The notes below the pieces were generated by a model, which saw nothing but the letters and a program-made list of their open reading frames with translations, did no database searches and was not told the origin of the DNA. A program made the translations under genes and the position numbers. From Squalus acanthias (lineage: Eukaryota), in the NCBI GenBank assembly GCA_030390025.1, contig JASTWF010000034.1:5022001-5086000 (forward strand): a DNA stretch of 64,000 bases, written 5' to 3'. This document shows positions 1 to 12,113 of the stretch, piece after piece. Within the stretch, counting starts at the first letter, position 1. Each line of letters begins with the position of its first letter.

Positions 1-16
1 TTGACCAGTCCCCGGC

Positions 17-3000
17 GTGTGTCCGATCATGGACGCAGGCGTTTGGCCAGTCCCCGGGTCTATGTCCGATCATGGCCTCCGACATTTGACCGGTCCGCGG
101 GGTGTGTCCGATCATGGACTTGAGCGTTTGACCAGTCCCAGGGGTGTGTCTGATCATGGACTCGGGCGTTTTACCAGTCCCAGGTGTGTGTCTGACCATG
201 GACTCGGGCCTTTGACCAGTTTCCGGGGTGTGTCCGATCATGGACTCGGGCGTTTGACCAGTCACCGGGGCTGTCTCCGATCATGGACTCGGGCGTTTGA
301 CCAGTCGCAGGTGTGTGTCTGATCATGGACTCGGGCGTTTGATCAGTCCCCTGGTTGTGTCCGATCATGGACTCGGGTGTTTGACCTGTCCCCGGAGTGT
401 GTCCAATCATGGACTCGGGCGTTTGACCAGTACCCGGGTTGTGTCTGATCATGGACTCGGGCGTTTGACCAGTCCCCGGTGTATCCGAACAGGGACTCGG
501 GCGTTTCACCAGTCCCCGGGGTGTGTACGATCATGGACTCGGGTGTTTGACCAGTCCCCGTGGTGTGTCCGATCATGGACTCGGGCGTTTGACCAGTCCC
601 CGGGGTGTGTCCGATCATGGACTCGGGCGTTTGACCAGTCTTCGGGGTGTGTGCGATCATGGACTCGGGCGTTTGACCAGTCTTCGGGCTGTGTACGATC
701 ATGGACTCGTGTGTTTGACCAGTCCCCGGGGTGTGTCCGATCATGGACTCGGGCGTTTGACCAGTCTTCGGGGTGTGTGCGATCATGGACTCGGGCGTTT
801 GACCAGTCCCCGGGGTGTGTGCGATCATGGACTCGGGCGGTTGACCAGTCCAAGGGGTGTGTCCGATCATGGACTCGGGCGTTTGACCAGTTCCCGGGGT
901 GTCCGAACATATACTCGGGTGTTTGACCAGTCCCCGGGGTGTGTACGATCATGGACTCGGGCGTTTGACCAGTCCCCGAAGTGTGTCTGATCATGGACTC
1001 GGGCATTTGACCAGTCCCCGGTGTGTCCGCACATATACTCGGGTGTTTGACCAGTCCACGGGGTTTTTACGATTATGGACTCGGGCGTTTGACCAGTCCA
1101 CGGGGTGTGTCTGATCATGGACTCGGGCATTTGGCCAGTCCCCGGGGTGTGTCCGATCATGGACTCGGCTGTTTAACCAGTCCCTGGGGTGTGTACGATC
1201 ATGGACTCGGACGTTTGGCCAGTCCCCGGCGTGTGTCCGATCATGGACTCAGGTGTTTGACCAGTCCCCGGGGTGTGTCCGATCATGGACTGGGGCGGTT
1301 GACCAGTCCACGGGGTGTGTACGATCATGGATGCGGGGATTTGACCAGTCCCCGCGGGTGTGTCGGATCATGGACACGATCGTTTGTCCAGTCCCCACGG
1401 GTGTGACGGATCATGGACTCGGGCGTTTGACCAGTCCCCGGGGTGTGACGGATCATGCACTCGGGCATTTGGCCAGTCCCCGGGTCTGTTTCCGATCATG
1501 GCCTCCGGCGTTTGACCAGTCCGCGGGATGTGTCCAATCATGGACTCGGGCGGTTGACCAGTCCCCGGGGTGGTGTGTCTGATCATGGACTCGTGCGTTT
1601 GACCAGTCCCCAGGGTGTGTCCGATCATGGACTTGGGCATTTGACCAGTCCTCGGGGTGTGTCCGATCATGGACTCGGGCGTTTGTCCAGTCCCCAGGGT
1701 TTGTCGGATCATGGTCTCGGGCGTTTGTCCAGTCCCCAGGGTGTGTCCGATCATGGCCTCGGGCGTTTGACCAGTCCCCAGGGTTTGTCGGATCATGGAC
1801 TCGGGCGTTTGCCCAGTCCCCGGGGCTGTGTCTGATCATGGACTCAGGCATTTGACCAGTCCCCGGGTTGTTTCTGATCATGGACACGGGCGTTTGACCA
1901 GTCCCCGGTGTGTGTCCAATGATGGACTCGGGCGTTTGACCAGTCCCCGGGGTGTGTCCGATCATGGGCTGGGGCGTTTGACCAGTCTTCGGGGTGTGTG
2001 CGATCATGGACTCGGGCAGTTGACCAGTCCCCGGGGTGTGTACGATCATGGACTCAGGCTTTTGACCAGTTCCCGGTGTGTCCGAACATATACTCGGGTG
2101 TTTGACCAGTCCCCGGGGTGTGTACTATCATGGAGTCGGGCGTTTGACCAGTCCCCAGAGTGTGTCTGATCATGGACTCGGGCGTTTGACCAGTCCCCAG
2201 GGTTTTTCGGATCATGGACTCGGGCGTTTGACCAGTCCCCAGGGTGTGTCCGCTCATGGACTCGGGCGTTTGACCAGTCCCCAGGGTTTGTCGGATCATG
2301 GACTCGGGCAATTGACCAGTCCCCGGGGTGTGTCTGATCATGGACTCAGGCATTTGACCAGTCCCCGGGGTGTGTCTGATCATGGACTCGGGCGTTTGAC
2401 CAGTCCCCGGAGTGTGTCTGATTATGGACTGGGGCGGTTGACCAGTCCACGGGGTGTGTATGATCATGGATGCAAGGATTTGACCAGTCCCCGCGGGTGT
2501 GTCGGATCATGGAAACGATCGTTTGGCCAGTCCCCGGGTCTGTGGCCGATCATGGCCTCCAGCGTTTGACCAGTCCGCGGGGTGTGTCCGATCATGGACT
2601 CGGGCGTTTGACCAGTCCCCGGGGCGGTGTGTCTGATCATGGACTCGTGTATTTGACCAGTCCCCAGGTTGTGTCCGATCATGGACTCGGGCGTTTGACT
2701 AGTCCCCAGGGTTTGTCGGATCATGGACTCGGGCGTTTGACCAGGCCCCAGGGTGTGTCCGATCATGGACTCGGGCGTTTGACCAGGCCCCAGGGTGTGT
2801 CCGATCATGGACTCGGGCGTTTGACCAGTCCCCAGGGTTTGTCTGATCATGGACTCGGGCGTTTGCCCAGTCCCCGGGGCTGTGTCTGATCATGGAATCA
2901 GGCATTTAGCCAGTCCCCGGGGTGTGTCTGATCATGGACTCGGGCGTTTGACCAGTCCCCGGAGTGTGTCTGATTATGGACTTGGGCATTTGTCCAGTCA

Positions 3001-6000
3001 CCGGGATGTGTCCGATCATGGACTCGGGCGTTTGACCAGTCCCCGGCGTGTGTCCGATCAGGGACTCGGGCGTTTGACCAGTCCCCGGGGTGTGTCCGAT
3101 CATGGACTCGAGCGTTTGGACATTCCCCGGTGCTGTGTCCGATCATGGACTCGGGCGTTTGACCAGTCCGCGGCGTGTGTCCGATCATGGACTCAGGCGT
3201 TTGGCCAGTCCCCGGGTCTGTGTCCGATCATGGCCTCCGGCATTTGACCGGTCCGCGGGGTGTGTCCGATCATGGACTTGAGCGTTTGACCAGTCCCAGG
3301 GGTGTGTCTGATCATGGCCTCGGGCGTTTTACCAGTCCCAGGTGTGTGTCTGACCATGGACTCGGGCCTTTGACCAGTTTCCGGGCTGTGTCCGATCATG
3401 GACTCGGGCGTTTGATCAGTCCCCTGGTTGTGTCCGATCATGGACTCGGGTGTTTGACCAGTCCCCGGGTTGTGTCTGATCATGGACTCGGGTGTTTGAC
3501 CAGTCCCCGGTGTATCCGAACATGGACTCGGGCATTTCACCAGTCCCCGGGGTGTGTACGATCATGGACTCGGGTGTTTGACCAGTCCCCGTGGTGTGTC
3601 CGTCATGGACTCGGGCGTTTGACCAGTCCCCGGGGTGTGTCCGATCATGGACTCGGGCGTTTGACCAGTCTTCGGGGTGTGTGCGATCATGGACTCGGGC
3701 GTTTGACCAGTCTTCGGGCTGTGTACGATCATGGACTCGGGTGTTTGACCAGTCCCCGGGGTGTGTCCGATCATGGACTCGGGCGTTTGACCAGTCTTCG
3801 GGGTGTGTGCGATCATGGACTCGGGCGTTTGACCAGTCCCCGGGGTGTGTGCGATCATGGACTCGGGCGGTTGACCAGTCCAATGGGTGTGTCCGATCAT
3901 GGACTCGGGCGTTTGACCAGTCCCCGGGGTGTGTACGATCATGGACTCGGGCGTTTGACCAGTCCCCGAAGTGTGTCTGATCATGGACTCGGGCATTTGA
4001 CCAGTCCCCGGTGTGTCCGAACATATACTCGGGTGTTTGACCAGTCCACGGGGTTTTTACGATTATGGACTCAGGCGTTTGACCAGTCCACGGGGTGTGT
4101 CTGATCATGGACTCGGGCATTTGACCAGTCCCCGGGGTGTGTCCGATCATGGACTCGGCTGTTTAACCAGTCCCTGGGGTGTGTACGATCATGGACTCGG
4201 ACGTTTGGCCAGTCCCCGGCGTGTGTCCGATCATGGACTCAGGTGTTTGACCAGTCCCCGGGGTGTGTCCGATCTTGGACTCGTCCATTGGACCAGTACC
4301 CAGGGTGAGTCCGATCATGGACTGGGGCGTTTGACCAGTCCCCGGGTTGTGTCTGATCATGGACTGGGGCGGTTGACCAGTCCACGGGGTGTGTACGATC
4401 ATGGATGCGGGGATTTGACCAGTCCCCGCGGGTGTGTCGGATCATGGACATGATCGTTTGTCCAGTCCCCACGGGTGTGACGGATCATGGCCTCGGGCAT
4501 TTGACCAGTCCCCGGGGTGTGACGGATCATGGACTCGGGCATTTGGCCATTCCCCGGGTCTGTTTCCGATCATGGCCTCCGGCGTTTGACCAGTCCGCGG
4601 GATGTGTCCAATCATGGACTCGGGCGGTTGACCAGTCCCCGGGGCGGTGTGTCTGATCATGGACTCGTGCGTTTGACCAGTCCCCAGGGTGTGTCCGATC
4701 ATGGACTTGGGCATTTGACCAGTCCTCGGGGTGTGTCCGATCATGGACTCGGGCGTTTGTCCAGTCCCCAGGGTTTGTCGGATCATGGTCTCGGGCGTTT
4801 GTCCAGTCCCCAGGGTGTGTCCGATCATGGCCTCGGGCGTTTGACCAGTCCCCAGGGTTTGTCGGTCATGGACTCGGGCGTTTGCCCAGTCCCCGGGGCT
4901 GTGTCTGATCATGGACTCAGGCATTTGACCAGTCCCCGGGTTGTTTCTGATCATGGACACGGGCGTTTGACCAGTCCCCGGTGTGTGTCCAATGATGGAC
5001 ACGGGCGTTTGACCAGTCTTTGGGGTGTGTGCGATCATGGGCTCGGGCGTTTGACCAGTCTTCGGGGTGTGTGCGATCATGGACCCGGGCGGTTGACCAG
5101 TCCCCGGGGTGTGTACGATCATGGACTCAGGCGTTTGACCAGTTCCCGGTGTGTCCGAACATATACTCGGGTGTTTGACCAGTCCCCGGGGTGTGTACGA
5201 TCATGGAGTCGGGCGTTTGACCAGTCCCCGGAGTGTGTCTGATCATGGACTCGGGCGTTTGACCAGTCCCCAGGGTTTTTCGGATCATGGACTCGGGCGT
5301 TTGACCAGTCCCCAGGGTGTGTCCGATCATGGACTCGGGCGTTTGACCAGTCCCCAGGGTTTGTCGGATCATGGACTCGGGCATTTGACCAGTCCCCGGG
5401 GTGTGTCTGATCATGGACTCAGGCATTTGACCAGTCCCCGGGGTGTGTCTGATCATGGACTCGGGCGTTTGACCAGTCCCCGGAGTGTGTCTGATCATGG
5501 ACTCGGGCGTTTGACCAGTCCCCGGAGTGTGTCTGATTATGGACTGGGGCATTTGACCAGTCCACGGGGTGTGTATGATCATGGATGCGGGGATTTGACC
5601 AGTCCCCGCGGGTGTGTCGGATCATGGACACGATCGTTTGTCCAGACCTCACGGGTGTGACGGATCATGGACTCGGGCGTTTGACCAGTCCGCGGGGTGT
5701 GACGGATCATGGACTCGGGCGTTTGGCCAGTCCCCGGGTCTGTGTCCGATCATGGCCTCCAGCGTTTGACCAGTCCGCGGGGTGTGTCCGATCATGGACT
5801 CGGGCGTTTGACCAGTCCCAGGGGCGGTGTGTCTGATCATGGACTCGTGCATTTGACCAGTCCCCAGGTTGTGTCCGATCATGGACTCGGGCGTTTGACT
5901 AGTCCCCAGGGTTTGTCGGATCATGGACTCGGGCGTTTGACCAGGCCCCAGGGTGTGTCCGATCATGACCTCGGGCGTTTGACCAGTCCCCAGGGTTTGT

Positions 6001-6640
6001 CGGATCATGGACTCGGGCGTTTGCCCAGTCCCCGGGGCTGTGTCTGATCATGGACTCAGGCATTTGACCATTCCCCGGGGTGTGTCTGATCATGGACTCG
6101 GGCGTTTGACCAGTCCCCGGAGTGTGTCTGATTATGGACTTGGGCATTTGTCCAGTCACTGGGATGTGTCCGATCATGGACTTGGGCGTTTGACCAGTCC
6201 CCGGCGTGTGTCCGATCAGGGACTCGGGCGTTTGACCAGTCCCCGGGGTGTGTCCGATCATGGACTCGAGCGTTTGGACATTCCCCGGGGCTGTGTCCGA
6301 TCATGGACTCGGGCGTTTGACCAGTCCCCGGCGTGTGTCCGATCATGGACTCAGTCGTTTGGCCAGTCCCCGGGTCTGTGTCCGATCATGGCCTCCGGCA
6401 TTTGACCGGTCTGCGGGGTGTGTCCGATCATGGACTTGAGCGTTTGACCAGTCCCAGGGGTGTGTCTGATCATGGACTCGGGCATTTTACCAGTCCCAGG
6501 TGTGTGTCTGACCATGGACTCGGGCGTTTGACCAGTTTCCGGGGTGTGTCCGATCATGGACTCGGGCGTTTGACCAGTCACCGGGGCTGTCTCCGATCAT
6601 GGACTCGGGCGTTTGACCAGTCCCAGGTGTGTGTCTGATC
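17..6640. repeat. Higher-order repeat of array A, period about 3158 bp (~75 monomers); two full copies plus the start of a third
   Basis: The same variant-monomer string starts at 17, 3175 and 6333 (spacing 3158 twice). Pairs 2849/6007 and 3090/6248 are also 3158 apart. Internal offsets of 2990 and 3074 differ from 3158 by multiples of 42, consistent with whole-monomer indels. Confidence 0.85.
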
Positions 6641-9599
6641 ATGGACTCGGGCGTTTGATCAGTCCCCTGGTTGTGTCCGATCATGGACTCGGGTGTTTGA
6701 CCTGTCCGCGGAGTGTGTCCGATCATGGACTCGGGTGTTTGACCAGTCCCCGGGGTGTGTCCGATCATGGACTCGGGCGTTTGACCAGTCCCCGGCGTGT
6801 GTCCGATCATGGACTCAGTCGTTTGGCCAGTCCCCGGGTCTGTGTCCGATCATGTCCTCCGGCATTTGACCGGTCTGCGGGGTGTGTCCGATCATGGACT
6901 TGAGCGTTTGACCAGTCCCAGGGGTGTGTCTGATCATGGACTCGGGCATTTTACCAGTCCCAGGTGTGTGTCTGACCATGGACTCGGGCGTTTGACCAGT
7001 TTCCGGGGTGTGTCCGATCATGGACTCGGGCGTTTGACCAGTCACCGGGGCTGTCTCCGATCATGGACTCGGGCGTTTGACCAGTCCCAGGTGTGTGTCT
7101 GATCATGGACTCGGGCGTTTGATCAGTCCCCTGGTTGTGTCCGATCATGGACTCGGGTGTTTGACCAGTCCGCGGAGTGTGTCCGATCATGGACTCGGGC
7201 GTTTGACCAGTCACCGGGGCTGTCTCCGATCATGGACTCGGGCGTTTGACCAGTCCCAGGTGTGTGTCTGATCATGGACTCGGGCGTTTGATCAGTCCCC
7301 TGGTTGTGTCCGATCATGGACTCGGGTGTTTGACCTGTCCGCGGAGTGTGTCCGATCATGGACTCGGGTGTTTGACCAGTCCCCGGGGTGTGTACGATCA
7401 TGGACTCGGGCGTTTGACCAGTCCCCGAAGTGTGTCTGATCATGGACTCGGGCATTTGACCAGTCCCCGAAGTGTGTCTGATCATGGACTCGGGCGTTTG
7501 ATCAGTCCCCTGGTTGTGTCCGATCATGGACTCGGGTGTTTGACCTGTCCGCGGAGTGTGTCCGATCATGGACTCGGGTGTTTGACCAGTCCCCGGGGTG
7601 TGTACGATCATGGACTCGGGCGTTTGACCAGTCCCCGAAGTGTGTCTGATCATGGACTCGGGCATTTGACCAGTCCCCGGTGTGTCCGAACATATACTCG
7701 GGTGTTTGACCAGTCCACGGGGTTTTTCCGATTATGGACTCGGGCGTTTGACCAGTCCACGGGGTGTGTCTGATCATGGACTCGGGCATTTGATCAGTCC
7801 CCGGGGTGTGTCCGATCATGGACTCGGCTGTTTAACCAGTCCCTGGGGTGTGTACCATCATGGAATCGGACGTTTGGCCAGTCCCCGGCGTGTGTCCGAT
7901 CATGGACTCAGGCGTTTGAACAGTCCCCGGGGTGTGTCCGATCATGGACTCGTCCGTTTGACCAGTACCCAGGGTGAGTCCGATCATGGACTCGGGCGTT
8001 TGACCAGTCCCCGGGGTGTATCCGATCATGGACTGGGGCGGTTGACCAGTCCCCGGGGTGTATCCGATCATGGACTGGGGCGGTTGACCAGTCCACGGGG
8101 TGTGTACGATCATGGATGCGGGGATTTGACCAGTCCCCGCGGGTGTGTCGGATCATGGACATGATCGTTTGTCCAGTCCCCACGGGTGCGACGGATCATG
8201 GACTCGGGCATTTGACCAGTCCCCGGGGTGTGACGGATCATGGACTCAGGCATTTGACCAGTCCCCGGGTTGTTTCTGATCATGGACTCGGGCGTTTGAC
8301 CAGTCCCCAGAGTGTGTCTGATTATGCCTGGGGCAGTTGACCAGTCCACGGGGTGTGTACGAACATGGATGCGGGGATTTGACCAGTCCCCGCGGGTGTG
8401 TCGGATCATGGACACGATCGTTTGACCAGTCCCCACGGGTGTGACGGATCATGGACTCGGGCGTTTGACCAGTCCCCGGGGTGTGACGGATCATGGACTC
8501 GGGCGTTTGTCCAGTCCCCGGCTCTGTGTCCGATCATGGCCTCCGGCGTTTGACCAGTCCGTGGGGTGTGTCCAATCATGGACTCGGGCGTTTGACCAGT
8601 CCCCGGGGCGGTGTGTCTGATCATGGACTCGTGCGTTTGACCAGTCCCCAGGGTGTGTCCGATCATGGACTTGGGCATTTGAACAGTCCCCGGGGTGTGT
8701 CCGATCATGGACTCGGGCGTTTGACCAGTCCCCAGGTTGTGTCCGATCATGGACTCGGGCGTTTGACTAGTCCCCAGGGTTTGTCGGATCATGGACTCGG
8801 GCGTTTGCCCAGTCCCCGGGGCTGTGTCTGATCATGGACTCAGGCATTTGACCAGTCCCCGGGGTGTGTCTGATCATGGACTCGGGCGTTTGACCAGTCC
8901 CCGGAGTGTGTCTGATTATGGACTTGGGCATTTGTCCAGTCACCGGGATGTGTCCGATCATGGACTCGGGCGTTTGACCAGTCCCCGGAGTGTGTCTGAT
9001 TATGGACTTGGGCATTTGTCCAGTCCCCGGCATGTGTCCGATCAGGGACTCGGGCGTTTGACCAGTCCCTTGGGTGAGACCGATCATCGACTCAGGCGGT
9101 TGGCCAGTCCCCGGGTCTGTGTCCGATCATGGCCTCCGGCGTTTGGCCGGTCCGCGGGGTGTGTCCGATCATTGACTCGGGCGTTTGACCAGTCCCCGGG
9201 GCAGTGTGTCTCATCATGGACTCGGGCTTTTGACCAGTCCCCAGGGTGTGTCCGATCATGGACTCGGCTGTTTAACCAGTCCCTGGGGTGTGTACCATCA
9301 TGGACTCGGGCGTTTGACCAGTCCCCAGGGTGTGTCCGATCATGGACTCGGGCGTTTGACTAGTCCCCAGGGTTTGTCGGATCATGGACTCGGGCGTTTG
9401 CCCAGTCCCCGGGGCTGTGTCTGATCATGGACTCAGGCATTTGACCAGTCCCCAGGGTGTGTCCGATCATGGACTCGGGCGTTTGACCAGTCCCCGGAGT
9501 GTGTCTGATTATGGACTTGGGCATTTGTCCAGTCACCGGGATGTGTCCGATCATGGACTCGGGCGTTTGACCAGTCCCTGGCGTGTGTCCGATCAGGGA

Positions 9600-11780
9600 C
9601 TCGGGCGTTTGACCAGTCCCCGGGGTGTGTCCGATCATGGACTCGAGCGTTTGGACATTCCCCGGGGCTGTGTACGATCATCGACTCGGGCATTTGACCA
9701 GTCCCCGGCGTGTGTCCGATCATGGACTCGGGCGTTTGACCAGTCCCTGGGGTGTGTCCGATCATGGACTCTTGCGTTTGACCAGTCCCCAAGTTGAGTC
9801 CGATCATGGATTTGGGTGTTTGACCAGTCCCCGGGTTGTGTCTGATCATGGACGCGGATGTTTGACCAGTCCCCAGGGTGAGTCCGATCATGAACTCGGG
9901 CGGTTCAACAGTCCACGGGTTGTGTACGATCATGGATGCGGGGATTTGACCAGTCCCTGTGGGTGTGTCGGATCATGGACTCGGTCGTTTGACCAGTCCC
10001 CGGGGAGTGACCGATCATGGACTCGGGCGTTTGACCAGTCCCTTGGGTGAGACCGATCATGGACTCAGGCGGTTGGCCAGTCCCCGGGTCTGTGTCCGAT
10101 CATGGCCTCCGGCGTTTGGCCGGTCCGCGGGGTGTGTCCGATCATTGACTCGGGCGTTTGACCAGTCCCCGGGGCAGTGTGTCTCATCATGGACTTGGGC
10201 TTTTGACCAGTCCCCAGGGTGTGTCCGATCATGGAATCGGCTGTTTAACCAGTCCCTGGGGTGTGTACCATCATGGACTCGGACGTTTGGCCAGTCCCCG
10301 GCGTGTGTCCGATCATGGACTCAGGCGTTTGAACAGTCCCCGGGGTGTGTCCGATCATGGACTCGTCCGTTTGACCAGTACCCAGGGTGAGTCCGATCAT
10401 GGACTCGGGCGTTTGACCAGTCCCCACGGGTGCGACGGATCATGGACTCGGGCATTTGACCAGTCCCCGGGGCTGTGTCTGATCATGGACTCAGGCATTT
10501 GACCAGTCCCCGGGTTGTTTCTGATCATGGACTCGGGCGTTTGACCAGTCCCCAGAGTGTGTCTGATTGTGGACTGGGGCGGTTGACCAGTCCACGGGGT
10601 GTGTACGATCATGGAAGCGGGGATTTGACCAGTCCCCGCGGGTGTGTCGGATCATGGACACGATCGTTTGATCAGTCCCCACGGGTGTGACGGATCATGG
10701 ACTCGGGCGTTTGACCAGTCCCCGGGGTGTGACGGATCATGGACTCGGGCGTTTGTCCAGTCCCCGGCTCTGTGTCCGATCATGGCCTCCAGCGTTTGAC
10801 CAGTCCGTGGGGTGTGTCCAATCATGGACTCGGGCGTTTGACCAGTCCCCGAGGCGGTGTGTCTGATCATGGACTCGTGCGTTTGACCAGTCCCCAGGGT
10901 GTGTCCGATCATGGACTTGGGCGTTTGAACAGTCCCCGGGGTGTGTCCGATCATGGACTCGGGCGTTTGCCCAGTCCCCGGGGCTGTGTCTGATCATGGA
11001 CTCAGGCATTTGACCAGTCCCCGGGGTGTGTCTGATCATGGACTCAGGCTTTTGACCAGTCACCGGGATGTGTCCGATCATGGACTCGGGCGTTTGACCA
11101 GTCCCCGGCGTGTGTCCGATCAGGGACTCGAGCGTTTGGACATTCCCCGGGGCTGTGTACGATCATCGACTCGGGCATTTGACCAGTCCCCGGCGTGTGT
11201 CCGATCATGGACTCGGGCGTTTGACCAGTCCCTGGGGTGTGTCCGATCATGGACTCTTGCGTTTGACCAGTCCCCAAGTTGAGTCCGATCATGGACTCGG
11301 GTGTTTGACCAGTCCCCGGGTTGTGTCTGATCATGGACGCGGATGTTTGACCAGTCCCCAGGGTGAGTCCGATCATGAACTCGGGCGGTTCAACAGTCCA
11401 CGGGTTGTGTACGATCATGGATGCGGGGATTTGACCAGTCCCTGTGGGTGTGTCGGATCATGGACACGGTCGTTTGACCAGTCCCCGGGGAGTGACCGAT
11501 CATGGACTCGGGCGTTTGACCAGTCCCTTGGGTGAGACCGATCATGGACTCAGGCGGTTGGCCAGTCCCCGGGTCTGTGTCCGATCATGGCCTCCGGCGT
11601 TTGGCCGGTCCGCGGGGTGTGTCCGATCATTGACTCGGGCGTTTGACCAGTCCCCGGGGCAGTGTGTCTCATCATGGACTTGGGCTTTTGACCAGTCCCC
11701 AGGGTGTGTCCGATCATGGACTCGGCTGTTTAACCAGTCCCCAGGGTGTGTACCATCATGGACTCGGGCGTTTGACCAGT
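9600..11780. repeat. Duplicated block in array A at a 1485-bp offset
   Basis: ORF-track homologues at 9625/11110 and 9959/11444 are both 1485 apart. Both copies share rare variants such as GGACTCTTGCGT, CCCCAAGTTGAG and TGAACTCGGGCGGTTCAAC. Boundaries are approximate. Confidence 0.8.
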
Positions 11781-12113
11781 CCCAGGGGTGTGTCTGATCA
11801 TTGACTCGGGCGTTTGAACAGTCACCGGGGCTGTCTCCGATCATGGACTCGGCCTTTTGACCAGTCCCAGGTGTGTGTCTGATCATGGACTCGGGCGTTT
11901 GATCAGTCCCCTGGGTGTGTCCGATCATGGACTCGGGTGTTTGACCTGTCCCCGGAGTGTGTCCGATCATGGACTCGGGCGTTTGACCAGTCCCCGGTGC
12001 TGTGCCTGATCATGGACTCGGGCGTTTGACCAGTCCCCGGGGATGTGTCTGATCATGGACTCGGGCGTTTGACCAGTACCCGGGTTGTGTCTGATCATGG
12101 ACTCGGGCGTTTG

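Noticed and set aside
17..11970. Many overlapping ORFs with 14-aa repeats on both strands (up to 309 aa)
   Set aside because: A 42-bp unit is a multiple of 3 and stop-free in most frames, so these ORFs arise automatically. Frameshifts are frequent, several frames are open at once, and there is no unique flanking coding sequence.
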